A DNA stretch of 64,000 bases, taken from NCBI GenBank assembly GCA_963977015.1, contig CAXBMO010000001.1:128001-192000 (forward strand), written 5' to 3'. The position numbers were made by a program, and so were the translations under genes. This DNA comes from an uncultured bacterium. GTDB taxonomy: Bacteria; Verrucomicrobiota; Verrucomicrobiia; Verrucomicrobiales; DEV007. Under the pieces are notes generated by a model that had not been told where the DNA came from, did no database searches, and worked only from the letters and a program-made list of their open reading frames with translations. Of the stretch, positions 22,301-31,548 are shown one piece after another (position 1 is the first letter of the stretch; the number at the start of each line of letters is the position of its first letter).

Positions 22301-23718
22301 GGCGAACCCGGGCCGATGTCGACGACGGCTCCGAAACTGTCGCTATAATATTCTGGAAACTTGGCGGACCCGTTACGCCAACCGAATTCCGCGCCGCTGA
22401 TCACGTGATTGATACGGGTTGGGCGATACCACGGGGTGTTGAGGTCCCACTCCATGTCAGCGTCATAGGAAAACAGCTCACCATGGCGGTTGAAGGCCGC
22501 ATCATATTCGTTTCGGAAGCCGGTCGTGATCACTTCCCAGCTTTTGCCTTCCGGATCCGTTTTCGCGATCCAACCGCGGGGAGCTTCGACACCTTTCATG
22601 AACCCGCGACCGTAAATTCGAGGCATGACCTGATCCTCCTCCCAAACGGGTGGAACCCGGGAGCTTGATCCTTCCGGGAGCGCGGTTTGGTTCCCGCAGA
22701 CAACGTAGAGAGACTTTCCGTCGGGCCCCAGAAGCACGGCATGGGGGCCGTGTTCACCACCGCTCTCCTCAAATTTTTTCAGCAGCTCAACCTTATCCAG
22801 CTTGTCGTCATTGTTGGTGTCGCGCGCCCGATACAAGCCGCGTCCTCCGTGCTCCTTGGTATTGAGCACCGCATACAGGGAATCGTGCGCCCAAAGCAAT
22901 CCCTGGGCTCCCCCCAGATCGATTTCAATTTTTTCAACGTCACTCGATGTCAGCGTCTGGTTGGGGCCGGGAGTTTTGAAGCGATAAAGCCACCCGTATT
23001 GGTCGCTGACGATGAGTCGGTCTTTATCATCCACCGTCATGGAGACCCATGAGCCTTGAGTCTCTTTGGGAACGGAGTAAATAAGTTCAGCTTTGAATCC
23101 CTCGGGCAGTTTGATGCTATCGACCGGCGTTGCGGTTGGTGTGCGGAGAGCGTCGCCACTCAGAGCTTTTGCGGTAATCAGTTCGCGGGGCGCTGACCCG
23201 GCGGGATTGAGTTTGGTGGCTTTCTTCCAAAGCTTGGATGTTGCTTTGGGGGTGAAGTTTGCAGCCATCCACCCTTTTTCAGCTTTCGGGCTCACCTTCC
23301 AGTTGCCATCCGTTGTGATTATCCGGCTACCACTCGGGCCCTGATCTGTTTCCAAGCTGAGCCTTGCGATGAATCCTGCGGCCCCCCCTTCGTTCGCGGC
23401 GCGAACCGCGATGACGTTTTTGGCGCCTTTTCGAAGCAGCGCAGTGATGTCTTCAATTTGAATCTTGCTCCAGTCTCGACCGTTGAACGCGCGAGTCTCG
23501 TTGATGAAGAGCAGGAAATTGTCGTCCGCTGAAACGGCCAGCTTGGCCTTGGTGAGGTTGGCTGGAACGACAAACTCTTTGCGAAAGTAAGCGGTGTCAG
23601 TGTTGGCATCGTCCGTCCAGATCCAGTATGGAACGGGTTGATTCTCCGAAGTCTGACCAATTACGACTTCATTGAAGAGGGGCAATGCGAAGAGCAGAAA
23701 GGCGAGGGTTTTACGCAT
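19387..23718 (-). CDS. Secreted multidomain protein: sugar-binding-like domain, PVC propeller, HEAT, cytochrome c, two DUF1080 domains
   Basis: Signal peptide; SADDNFLLFIN beta-sandwich; CYACH...IGPDLT; two DUF1080 repeats (SLFNGKNLDGW...LQTHGGEIRWRNI and VFNGKDFSGW...GHNDPVMFRNI). Confidence 0.85.
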   Translation of the reverse strand: MRKTLAFLLFALPLFNEVVIGQTSENQPVPYWIWTDDANTDTAYFRKEFVVPANLTKAKLAVSADDNFLLFINETRAFNGRDWSKIQIEDITALLRKGAKNVIAVRAANEGGAAGFIARLSLETDQGPSGSRIITTDGNWKVSPKAEKGWMAANFTPKATSKLWKKATKLNPAGSAPRELITAKALSGDALRTPTATPVDSIKLPEGFKAELIYSVPKETQGSWVSMTVDDKDRLIVSDQYGWLYRFKTPGPNQTLTSSDVEKIEIDLGGAQGLLWAHDSLYAVLNTKEHGGRGLYRARDTNNDDKLDKVELLKKFEESGGEHGPHAVLLGPDGKSLYVVCGNQTALPEGSSSRVPPVWEEDQVMPRIYGRGFMKGVEAPRGWIAKTDPEGKSWEVITTGFRNEYDAAFNRHGELFSYDADMEWDLNTPWYRPTRINHVISGAEFGWRNGSAKFPEYYSDSFGAVVDIGPGSPTGVVFGYGAKFPAKYQEALFICDWSYGKMYAVHLQPDGSSYKADFEEFMAAQPLPLTDLVIHPDGNMYVAIGGRRVQSGLYRVSYVGKESTKPAPLAKGGEQARELRKKLEKWHGVESPSAILEAWPHLASTDRAIRYAARVALEHQPIDQWIGLAVSEPNPQAKLAAMIAAARVGTARKGTESDIFSALSTLDYNRLNKQQKLDFLRAYGLTISRFGGEFPYNYSPSQKQQLIAQLDPLFPAKSPEENLELSALLGALGAKSLPKKGVQLLNSAPSQEEQIAYAKNLRLAKDGWTPELRESYFQWFVRAKTYKGGAAFGNFLDSIRKDAVAQLNPEQLAALKPILEAKPESTTPQFSFKARSFVKNWTVDDLDDVINVGLEGNRDFANGRNVFGTTGCYACHRFNQEGGAIGPDLTRVAGKFSPRDLLESITNPSKEISDQYGAMIFEMNDGSTVIGRIMNLSGDAFQVSTNMYAPSDTTKVDRKLLKDMRPSPVSMMPPGLINTLEKDDVLDLLAYLLSKGDQNDPVFSTSVSNPAAKPKMAAKKAPVKPNAELKAPPKGFTSLFNGKNLDGWHGNNPHGRAKAEKQGADALKAEVAKQKEEFAAHWSVENGELVNDGHGPYATPDREFGDIEFHIDYKTVAKADSGIYLRGTPQVQIWDYTDEKKWKIGADKGSGGLWNNSAGAPGKDPKVLADKAFGQWNNFRIRQLGARTWVWLNDQPVVDGAIWENYWDRSAPLPKTGPIHLQTHGGEIRWRNIFVKDYSGDEANGLLRGNDAAQGFKSVFNGKDFSGWQGAVENYEVVDGAIRCKPGHGGVLFTNEQYTDHVIRLEFKLPPGGNNGLAIRYPGKGDAAYGAMCELQVLDNTAEKYAKLDPRQYHGSPYGMVPAKRGYLRPVGQWNYQEVTIKGSTIKVELNGSVIVDTDLSKITQKDFMKERPHPGKDLKKGHFGFAGHNDPVMFRNIAIKSL

Positions 23719-23785
23719 AGTTTTGAGACTATGCTTGCTATGATTGGTGTCAACGTTTCGACAGCCAAATCCTGAAGTTTACAAG

Positions 23786-23821
23786 AAAAATCCGTTTTCC
23801 GATTTTATTCGGAAAACGGAT
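23786..23821 (-). terminator. Intrinsic terminator of the response regulator gene
   Basis: Perfect 13-bp stem ATCCGTTTTCCGA/TCGGAAAACGGAT followed by a T-run on the minus strand. Confidence 0.7.
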
Positions 23822-23853
23822 CTTACGAAATTGTCGTGGGAAAAAACGCTGAT

Positions 23854-24303
23854 CTAGGCAGCAACCCTTTCCTCATCGAGGATTCTTCGAATATGGACCG
23901 CCAGTTGTTGTGGCGTGTAGGGTTTGGGGAGCAGATCCGCATAGCGCTCTTCAGGAGTGTTGGCAAAGGCGTCGCCCAAGGCTGCCTCAATCGTATAGCC
24001 CGTGGTGTAGAGAACTTTAAAGTCGCTCCGAATCTTACGGGCTTGGCTTACGAACTCGGGTCCGCGAACATTGGGCATGACAACGTCGCTGAGGATGAGG
24101 TCGATGCGGTCGGTGAAGTCTTTGACCAGTTCAAGAGCAATCGCTCCGTCAGCTGCGGTTATGACTTCATAGCCCAGAGAATCAAGCACGCGGTGGAACA
24201 GCTTTCGGATCAACTCCTCATCTTCGACAAAGACGATGGTTTCATTGCCTTTGGGAAGCTGTGGTGTGCCTGAAGGGGGGGGGGAAATATTAGTGGGGCT
24301 CAT
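23854..24303 (-). CDS. Single-domain response regulator
   Basis: VFVEDE, LILSDVVMP, TTGY and KPY receiver motifs. Confidence 0.88.
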   Translation of the reverse strand: MSPTNISPPPSGTPQLPKGNETIVFVEDEELIRKLFHRVLDSLGYEVITAADGAIALELVKDFTDRIDLILSDVVMPNVRGPEFVSQARKIRSDFKVLYTTGYTIEAALGDAFANTPEERYADLLPKPYTPQQLAVHIRRILDEERVAA

Positions 24304-24422
24304 TGTAGCAAAGGTAGCGCAGGCTAATTTTAGTGTTTTACTATAATTTCCATAAATTAACTGTCAAATGCTGCTATGTATCAATTTCCACATTATTTTC
24401 ATCCTGCATCCCGATGAAGGGC

Positions 24423-24887
24423 TCAGTCTTTGGGCTCACTGGGGTGAATACCGCCTGAACGGGGCCACGGGGGCCCGGGTGGAGGAGATGGTTCTCCTTT
24501 CCGGTTGGGCTGGTTCTGCAGTCGCTCTCTGACTTTTTGCCGTGAAGCTTTCAATTCTTCTTTCTGCTCGTCCGAGAGGTGAGTTTCCAATTCTTCGTAA
24601 AACTCCCGAATTGAGGTCCAACTGCGATTCATCGCCATTCTTCGATATTGGTGCAGCTCGGAACTCGTTTTTTGCAAAATGGGCTGGATGGCGTCTCGTT
24701 GCTCGGCGGTAAGATCCAATTCGCTATCCAAACGATTCATCATCATCGTCGCCCAACCTTCCGGCTTGCCCATCTTGCGATGACGTTGCTTGCCTTCGCG
24801 AAGCCCTACCGAATAACCGATTCCGACACCGGCGATCAAAATGACCAGCAGCGCCGCGACGATTTTTAGATAGCGCCTTACCATCAT
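24423..24887 (-). CDS. Membrane-anchored periplasmic helical protein (Spy/CpxP-like) in the ECF operon
   Basis: N-terminal TM; LDLTAEQ and LSDEQK (LTxxQ-type) motifs; overlaps the upstream gene. Confidence 0.65.
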   Translation of the reverse strand: MMVRRYLKIVAALLVILIAGVGIGYSVGLREGKQRHRKMGKPEGWATMMMNRLDSELDLTAEQRDAIQPILQKTSSELHQYRRMAMNRSWTSIREFYEELETHLSDEQKEELKASRQKVRERLQNQPNRKGEPSPPPGPPWPRSGGIHPSEPKD

Positions 24888-25207
24888 TCGCTGAAGTCTC
24901 CGTTTGCCGATTCTTCGAGGGGTGGAACAACCAATAGTTCTTGGCGGCGCTCACTCTGTTCCTTTACGAAGCTAAAGAGACCAAAAGCGACCGCGCAGGT
25001 TGAACAGGCGATGGCGGTTCGAATGGACGTCCGCTCCCAGGCTCGAAACAGTTCATTTTTTCTCCATTCTTGCCATTGCGCGACCACCCGCGTGGAAAAT
25101 CCAACAGGGGCCTGGGTGTCATCCGCTTTTTCGGAAGGAAAAAGCATCCGGAAAGCTGCTATCAGGCGGTTCCAAGGCTCAAAATTGAGGTCGGGTTCAC
25201 TTTTCAT
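24884..25207 (-). CDS. Putative anti-sigma factor (single TM)
   Basis: Overlaps the ECF sigma gene; APVGFSTRVV motif followed by one TM. Function inferred from position. Confidence 0.55.
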   Translation of the reverse strand: MKSEPDLNFEPWNRLIAAFRMLFPSEKADDTQAPVGFSTRVVAQWQEWRKNELFRAWERTSIRTAIACSTCAVAFGLFSFVKEQSERRQELLVVPPLEESANGDFSE

Positions 25208-25799
25208 GTTGAAGTTGTGGTTCGAGTTTTTCGAGCGTGGCCCGGAGTTTCTTGCGAGCTCGAAACGCGGTCACTTTCACTCGCGATTCGCCCCAATTCA
25301 GCTGTTCGGCGATGTCTTTGACCCGCATTTCTTCGAGGTCGAGCATTCGGAGCACCTGCTGTTCTCTCGGTTTCAAGGTCGCCAAGAGCCGGTTCAGGAG
25401 GTCTTTCACTCCTTGAGCTGTATCCAGCATGGTGTCGGAATTCGCGTTCTCGAAAAGCATCGCCTCCAACACGTGAGTTTCCTCTTCGCGTAGATCTGCA
25501 TAGCGCAGTTCGCCCCGTCGCTGTTGCTTCCGCAAATGATCGTAGCAAGTGTTGCGCGCGATTCTGGAGACCCAGTGCTCGATGGGTTGTAAGCCGCGAT
25601 AGGTCTCTAATTTGGCGAACATCTTCATGAAAACTTCCTGCGCCAAGTCTTCTTCGTCCATGGCAAACGGCCGATGATTGCGCACAATCCGAATCACGGT
25701 TGGATAAAGGCGCTCTACCATCGCTTTTCCGGCAGAGGAATTCCCTTGCCGCACTTGCTGGAGGAGGCGGTTCCAATCGTCGTCTTCGTATTGTGCCAT
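25197..25799 (-). CDS. ECF RNA polymerase sigma factor
   Basis: EDLAQEVFMK, WVSRIARNTCYDHLR, region 4 IAEQLNWGESRVKVTAFRARKKL. Confidence 0.92.
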   Translation of the reverse strand: MAQYEDDDWNRLLQQVRQGNSSAGKAMVERLYPTVIRIVRNHRPFAMDEEDLAQEVFMKMFAKLETYRGLQPIEHWVSRIARNTCYDHLRKQQRRGELRYADLREEETHVLEAMLFENANSDTMLDTAQGVKDLLNRLLATLKPREQQVLRMLDLEEMRVKDIAEQLNWGESRVKVTAFRARKKLRATLEKLEPQLQHEK

Positions 25800-25842
25800 G
25801 TTTGGCGCTTGGCATGCCGGACTTTGCGTCGGATTACAGTTG

Positions 25843-25869
25843 ATGACGCCTTTCCGAATGGTCGGTTAC
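25843..25869 (-). promoter_or_regulatory. Probable autoregulatory ECF promoter
   Basis: Minus strand GTAACC-N15-CGTCAT (ECF -35 AAC / -10 CGT pattern) about 45 nt upstream of the sigma start. Confidence 0.6.
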
Positions 25870-25942
25870 GGTATCGCCAAGAATCTTGAGAAAAACGAGG
25901 ACAGAAATCCAGTAATTCGGTTAAAGAATGGCGGGGAGTGAC

Positions 25943-26434
25943 TCAGGCCGCTTGGTTGGTTTCAAAACGAAGTCGTGATCGCCTTGGTCGTCGTGTTCGA
26001 AAGATCGGTTCGACAGTTGCCTTCAACGGTGAGTCGAAATGTTGACGGTGTTCGTGGAAGTAGAGGTCGTTGACGCTGGCCATGATACGGGAGGGGAAAT
26101 CGTATGGGCCGAATTCCATGGCTGTTCCCAGGTAGGAGAGCGGGCCGATCTTGTAGGGGATTTCGCAAGTTGAATCCATGATTACCAGGCAAAGCTTCAC
26201 CGAGCAGGAGTCGTTGAGAATGCAATTTCCGTGGCGGTCGACTTTTTCCCAGAAGCCGCTGATTCGAATCTTTGCTCCCTGTCCCGGCTCTCCTCGCCAA
26301 AGCTCAGTGCTCAGGCAGGAGGCCGGGTTAATTTCGGTCGTGTAGGTTGAGGGAGGATTTGGGGGCGAGGTTGGGTCGAGGCTTGTATCCCGAGCCATCG
26401 ACCTTTGTCGGTCGGGGGATTGAGTGGGGCTCAT
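25943..26434 (-). CDS. Hypothetical protein (start uncertain)
   Basis: Longest ORF filling the gap; no recognised motif. Confidence 0.4.
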   Translation of the reverse strand: MSPTQSPDRQRSMARDTSLDPTSPPNPPSTYTTEINPASCLSTELWRGEPGQGAKIRISGFWEKVDRHGNCILNDSCSVKLCLVIMDSTCEIPYKIGPLSYLGTAMEFGPYDFPSRIMASVNDLYFHEHRQHFDSPLKATVEPIFRTRRPRRSRLRFETNQAA

Positions 26435-26523
26435 TGTCTAAGCTGGTGTGTGTTGTGTATCTACCAAGTCGCAATCTGTTCCCCGTCGTTGCATTACAAT
26501 CAGCACTGTGAATTGTAGCCTCA

Positions 26524-27630
26524 ATGCGCGTACTCATTGCTCCCGACAAATTCAAAGGTTCGATGACCGCCCGGGAGGCGGCGGAAACTATTCAAGATGC
26601 ATTGGGGCACGATTGGTCTGCGACATGCCTCCCGATCGCTGACGGAGGGGAGGGGACCGCAGAAGCACTAACCGATGCACTCGCTGGGGAATGGATTCGT
26701 TGTTCAGCTCGCGATCCGCTGGGGCGGGTTGTTGAATCCGGTTACGGCTTGGTCCCAGGGCCTCCGAAAACGGCGATTATTGAGATGAGCCATGCTTCCG
26801 GACTGTGGCGTCTCAATCCGGACGAACTGGATCCCTGGGTCGCTTCAACGTTTGGAACGGGCGAGTTGATTCGGAACGCGGTTGAGAAGGGGGCCGAGCG
26901 TATTTTGCTGGGGTTGGGAGGGAGCGCAACCAACGATGGTGGAAGTGGCATGGCCAAGGCGCTGGGCGTGCGGTTTTTGAACGACCAAGGTGAGGATGTT
27001 GAGGAAATTCCTCGCGACTTGCTGCAGGTCCGGCGGATCGATGTGAGCAACCGCCTGGAACTTCCGGAGTTTTCGGCCGCCTGTGATGTCAGCAATCCCC
27101 TTCTCGGTTCGGAAGGCGCAACTCGGGTCTATGGACCACAAAAGGGCGTGAAAGAAAGTCAATTGGCGAACCACGAAGAACGACTGGAGCATCTCGCCAA
27201 TCTCGTTGGGGGAGACTTTCGGGAAATACCAGGATCAGGGGCGGCGGGCGGCCTGGGATTCGGTTGTCTCGCATTTTGTGGTGCCACGCTGGAACCCGGA
27301 TTTGAGTTGGTTGCCGACTTGCTCAACCTCCGCGCCGAAATTCAAAAAGCCGACCTGGTGATCACAGGTGAAGGAAGTCTGGATGCGCAAACACTTCAGG
27401 GAAAAGGGCCACACGGGGTCGCATTGCTGGCGAGGGAGCTTGGCAAGCCTGTCCTGGCGGTTGCTGGAAGGACGGATGGAGCCCCACGGTTGGAAGAAGA
27501 ATTTGATCGCGTCATCGTGATCAGCCCGACGGAGATCCCTGTCGCTGAGGCGATGGAAAGAGGGGGCGAATTTCTCCGCCAAGCCATTGCGCTGGCAGAA
27601 CCATGGATGCGGGATCAAATTCCCGGTTGA
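26524..27630 (+). CDS. Glycerate kinase (GlxK/GarK family)
   Basis: IAPDKFKGS, PIADGGEGT, LGLGGSATNDGG, GAAGGLG, ITGEGSLDAQTLQGK. Confidence 0.95.
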   Translation: MRVLIAPDKFKGSMTAREAAETIQDALGHDWSATCLPIADGGEGTAEALTDALAGEWIRCSARDPLGRVVESGYGLVPGPPKTAIIEMSHASGLWRLNPDELDPWVASTFGTGELIRNAVEKGAERILLGLGGSATNDGGSGMAKALGVRFLNDQGEDVEEIPRDLLQVRRIDVSNRLELPEFSAACDVSNPLLGSEGATRVYGPQKGVKESQLANHEERLEHLANLVGGDFREIPGSGAAGGLGFGCLAFCGATLEPGFELVADLLNLRAEIQKADLVITGEGSLDAQTLQGKGPHGVALLARELGKPVLAVAGRTDGAPRLEEEFDRVIVISPTEIPVAEAMERGGEFLRQAIALAEPWMRDQIPG

Positions 27631-27662
27631 TTTGGCAATCAATTACCCCGTAGATGCGCGCC

Positions 27663-28592
27663 ATGCCAAAAGACGTTGTGATTTTGTTTGCCGGACAGGG
27701 TGCCCAGAAAGTGGGCATGGCGAAAGATCTGGCGGAGAGTCACGAGCCGACTTCGAAATTGTTTTCGCAGGCAAATGACCTTCTGGGATTCGACCTGACA
27801 TCCGCCACGTTTGAGGGGCCGATCGACGAATTGACGCGAACGTCTCGCTGCCAGCCTGCACTCTATCTTCACGGCCTGTCATGTCTCAACATTTTGAAAG
27901 AGCGGTTGCCCGATCTCAACCCGGTTGCCGCAGCGGGGCTTTCTCTTGGTGAGTTTACGGCACACGCCGCAGCCGGAACGTTCGATGTTGAAACCGGTCT
28001 CAAGTTGGTGGGAAAGCGAGGAGCGTTTATGGAGGAAGCGACAACGGCGAATCGGGGCACGATGGCGGCAATGATGGGGGGAACCGACGATGCCGTTCGC
28101 GAATTGGCTGAAGAATGCGACGTGGATGTGGCGAATTTCAATGCACCGGGCCAGATCGTCATTTCAGGTTCGGAAGAGGGCATCGATCAGGCAATCGCCG
28201 GCGCCAAGGCGAAAGGGATTCGCATTGCGAAAAAGCTCGAAGTCGCCGGTGCCTATCATTCGCGGCTGATGCAGACCGCTCAGGATCAGCTCATTCCCGT
28301 TCTGGAAGAAGCTTCGATGAAGGCTCCTTCGATTCCGGTTTACTGCAATGTCGATGCCCGCCCGGTGACGGACGAATCCGATATTCGCGAAACCTTGGCA
28401 CGACAAGTTTCCGGAAGCGTCCGTTGGTCGGAGAGCATTCAGAAGTTGATCGCTGAAGGTCATTCAACCTTTCTTGAATTGGGGCCCGGGGGAATTTTGG
28501 CCGGACTCATGAAGCGGATCGACAAGTCCGTGACGGTCATTCGAGTCGAGGATTTGGATTCGATCGACGCGGCAGTTACGGCACTGAGTTAG
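27663..28592 (+). CDS. fabD: Malonyl-CoA-ACP transacylase
   Basis: FAGQGAQ, GLSLGE nucleophile motif, ANFNAPGQIVISG, AGAYHS, ELGPG. Confidence 0.95.
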   Translation: MPKDVVILFAGQGAQKVGMAKDLAESHEPTSKLFSQANDLLGFDLTSATFEGPIDELTRTSRCQPALYLHGLSCLNILKERLPDLNPVAAAGLSLGEFTAHAAAGTFDVETGLKLVGKRGAFMEEATTANRGTMAAMMGGTDDAVRELAEECDVDVANFNAPGQIVISGSEEGIDQAIAGAKAKGIRIAKKLEVAGAYHSRLMQTAQDQLIPVLEEASMKAPSIPVYCNVDARPVTDESDIRETLARQVSGSVRWSESIQKLIAEGHSTFLELGPGGILAGLMKRIDKSVTVIRVEDLDSIDAAVTALS

Positions 28593-28697
28593 GTGGAGGC
28601 GCCGGACTGACGGAGTTTCTTCAACTTCGTGATTGTCAAAAAAAACCATCTCCTGTAATCGTCATATCGCTCGGCCGAGGTGGTCTGACGAAAACGA

Positions 28698-30770
28698 ATG
28701 CAAGAAGACAAGGCAGGCAAAATTCTCAGGGAGAAGTTTCCTTATGGCGTACTTTCCAACGTTCCGCTTTTTCGGTCGGACACTCCCGAGGAGCATCTCT
28801 ATGCCAATCAGGCAGATCACTTGTTACACTTTCGCAAAGGTGATCGGGAAAAATTGGTCATTGTGGAGTGTAAAGAGAACGTCCTCAGAAGGTGGAGTTC
28901 CGAGAAGTCCCGTCCCATCGTCGAAAGCAGCAAATATTGGTTTGCCTTGTATTTCGGGAGGGCAAAGGACTCCAAAAAACAGGTGCGGAATCAGGCGCGG
29001 GCGCTCTATCAGAACCTGAATCTTCAATTTCGGGATGGTCCGCGGATCGAGGGGTGGGTCGTTCATTCGGGCAAGCATCCCAAAGAGATCAAAGAGGTGT
29101 ACGACGATGGCCTTGTGCTGATCGCGATGACCGGCAACTTGTTTCGGCGGAAGTTGAAGCGCATGAAACAGCAGGGCTGGAAAGCCGTTTCCGTCTATTC
29201 CTCTGAATACCTTTCCCGCCTACATTTAGGTCGGCGCGAAGAGAATTTTCCCCATCCGAATTTCATTGATGCGCTCGATCATGTTCGAAATTCTCGCCTC
29301 ATTCTTGACGGAGGAATTTTCACGAAGTTGCGGTTGGGACAGAAGCGGACCCATTGGGCCATTTCCGGTGCCGCTGGTTCCGGGAAAAGTGTGCTTTTGG
29401 CCTATTCCATTTGCGTGTTTGCGACGGATTACTGGATTCAAAGGGCTCCCGGAGGCTCGTTTTTGAAAGTGCTGGTTCCCGTCGGAGACAATTTGCCGGC
29501 TGCGATGCCGCCTCTCGGCGGGCGCCGGATTTATGCCTATGCCATGAGTCTGGCCCAGGTTGAAGCGCTGAAGCGCTATTTCGATCGATTCCGCTCTGAG
29601 TTCGTGTCTCTAAACGGAGCTGCACCGGCGATGGCTCCGATCACCTTTGCCCAATGGAGTGGAGAAATTCCCGATGACTGCACGGTGCTCGCGATTGATG
29701 AAGCTCAGGATTTGACGCTGGAGGATCAGGTCAAAATTGCGCAATGGCATGGCCGCCAACGGGGAAATTACCTCGCCGTCGCACTTGATCATCAGCAACG
29801 GCTTCGACAGGATCGGCATAAACCGAAGATCATCGAAGGACTGAATTTCTCCCGCAAGACGACGACCATGACTCGAAGCTATCGTCAGACCTATCCGGCT
29901 GCGATTACGGGATTGGCGCTGCTCTTCCGGTGGTTCTCGGATCGCGGTTTGATGATTTGTCCCGATGCGGAAGAAGTGCCGACTCACAGTGAGCTCAACA
30001 TGAGTCTACGCGGCTGTCTGGGAGCCAAGGTGACGACCAATCTCACCTCACAGCAATGCATCGTCACGATGCGAAATGATTCCCACCCGGGAAATCACTG
30101 GCGTCGAACCGTTGATATGTTTGAGCGCGGTAACGACGTGTTGCAGATGCTGGAGAATCAACGCGTTGAGCATCAAAAGGTTCTTTGGTTGCGCTTTGAG
30201 GACTCGATGACTTCGGATTTGGTTCCAGATTCCGGGATCGAATACTACGATGTGAGTTCGGGGAGTCTGGAAGCTTTCGTAAATCGGCGCATCAAGGGAT
30301 TGGAACATCCGATCGTCGTCATCGAAGGAATGCCCGAGCATATTGATGCGATCGACAATCCGGAACGCATGTGGCTGGCGCGCCGGCTGCTCTATCTGTG
30401 CACGAGTCGTGCCTCAGGATTTCTCTACTTCGTGATTCCCCGGGATCTCTATCGCGATGGGATTCGCAATGAAATCAGCCGGATACTCAATCAGTTGGGA
30501 AGTCCCGAAGCACAGGGGCATGAAATTGGCGAGACTTGGAAACTCAGCTTCAAGTGGCGTCCGAATGATGTGATCGAGGTCCCCGACTTTGAAGATGCCG
30601 TTGCGAATCCGGATGAGGTCGTTGCCGAAACCGCTGAAGAACAGCCGGAATTGGAGGTCGCAAGCGACGAGGATCTCGAAGAGATCACCACGGAAGAGGA
30701 ATTGGCCCCCGAACCGGAGATTCCTGACGCCGAACTGGAATTCGACGACTTGGATCAGGAGGTGGATTGA
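28698..30770 (+). CDS. NERD-like nuclease fused to an SF1 (UvrD-like) helicase, with an acidic C-terminal tail
   Basis: QADHLL...VIVECK...QVRNQARAL (NERD/PD-(D/E)xK); Walker A GAAGSGKS; Walker B IDEAQD; motif V IKGLEHPIVV; motif VI LYLCTSRA. Confidence 0.7.
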   Translation: MQEDKAGKILREKFPYGVLSNVPLFRSDTPEEHLYANQADHLLHFRKGDREKLVIVECKENVLRRWSSEKSRPIVESSKYWFALYFGRAKDSKKQVRNQARALYQNLNLQFRDGPRIEGWVVHSGKHPKEIKEVYDDGLVLIAMTGNLFRRKLKRMKQQGWKAVSVYSSEYLSRLHLGRREENFPHPNFIDALDHVRNSRLILDGGIFTKLRLGQKRTHWAISGAAGSGKSVLLAYSICVFATDYWIQRAPGGSFLKVLVPVGDNLPAAMPPLGGRRIYAYAMSLAQVEALKRYFDRFRSEFVSLNGAAPAMAPITFAQWSGEIPDDCTVLAIDEAQDLTLEDQVKIAQWHGRQRGNYLAVALDHQQRLRQDRHKPKIIEGLNFSRKTTTMTRSYRQTYPAAITGLALLFRWFSDRGLMICPDAEEVPTHSELNMSLRGCLGAKVTTNLTSQQCIVTMRNDSHPGNHWRRTVDMFERGNDVLQMLENQRVEHQKVLWLRFEDSMTSDLVPDSGIEYYDVSSGSLEAFVNRRIKGLEHPIVVIEGMPEHIDAIDNPERMWLARRLLYLCTSRASGFLYFVIPRDLYRDGIRNEISRILNQLGSPEAQGHEIGETWKLSFKWRPNDVIEVPDFEDAVANPDEVVAETAEEQPELEVASDEDLEEITTEEELAPEPEIPDAELEFDDLDQEVD

Positions 30771-31147
30771 GCCGCTTCGTTTTCCGCGATCAAGGCTCGG
30801 ATTCGCTCCAGAAGTTCGCCGAACCGTACCGGCTTCCGAAAGATTGCTTTCACGTTCCCTGCCAATGATTCCTTGTCGGGAATATCAGCCAGGGCGGTGC
30901 ACATGATTACGGGAACCGTTGCGAGCCGTCGCTGGCTGGACAGGTGTTGAAGAACTTCGGCGCCGTCGTGATCTGGCATCGTGAAGTCGAGAAGAATCAA
31001 ATCGGGCTGAACGATTTTGCCGACGGAAACCGATCGCGGACTGTAATTGATGGTTCGCACGTCAAACTCACCGGTTCGCTCCAAGTTCATCTGCAGAGTC
31101 TCGGCATATTCTTTGTCATCATCGATGATGAGTAGGCGTTTTCTCAT
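30755..31147 (-). CDS. Single-domain response regulator
   Basis: LLIIDDD, LILLDFTMP, CTA and KP receiver motifs. Confidence 0.88.
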   Translation of the reverse strand: MRKRLLIIDDDKEYAETLQMNLERTGEFDVRTINYSPRSVSVGKIVQPDLILLDFTMPDHDGAEVLQHLSSQRRLATVPVIMCTALADIPDKESLAGNVKAIFRKPVRFGELLERIRALIAENEAAQSTS

Positions 31148-31176
31148 GATTCTAGGTCAATTTAGGGAAACTGCTC

Positions 31177-31548
31177 TTAACCGAGAGCTTCCCGCATTCG
31201 TTCACGGAGTTGACCCAACTTGATGGGTTTTTCCAGGATTTCAGCAACATCCAGTTCCCCGATTTCTTTGTAGGCAATGGCGTTTTCGTTAAGCAGAGCC
31301 GACATCACGATTACCGGGATCGCCTTTAAAACGGGGTCCTGCTTCAATTCACGAACGAGTTCCGCTCCATCCTTGTTTGGCATTACGATATCGCTCACGA
31401 TCAAGTCGGGCTTAAATTCGCGAGCCACGTCCAGAGCATTGCGCGCATCGTTCAAGGTTCGGAGTTCAAATTCGCCACTACGCTCCAGGGCAACCTGAGC
31501 CAATTCGGTAAAGTCGACTTCGTCGTCGATGAGCAAAACTCGCTTCAT
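31177..31548 (-). CDS. Single-domain response regulator
   Basis: VLLIDDE, LIVSDIVMP, MSA, KP; ATGA overlap with the kinase gene. Confidence 0.88.
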   Translation of the reverse strand: MKRVLLIDDEVDFTELAQVALERSGEFELRTLNDARNALDVAREFKPDLIVSDIVMPNKDGAELVRELKQDPVLKAIPVIVMSALLNENAIAYKEIGELDVAEILEKPIKLGQLRERMREALG

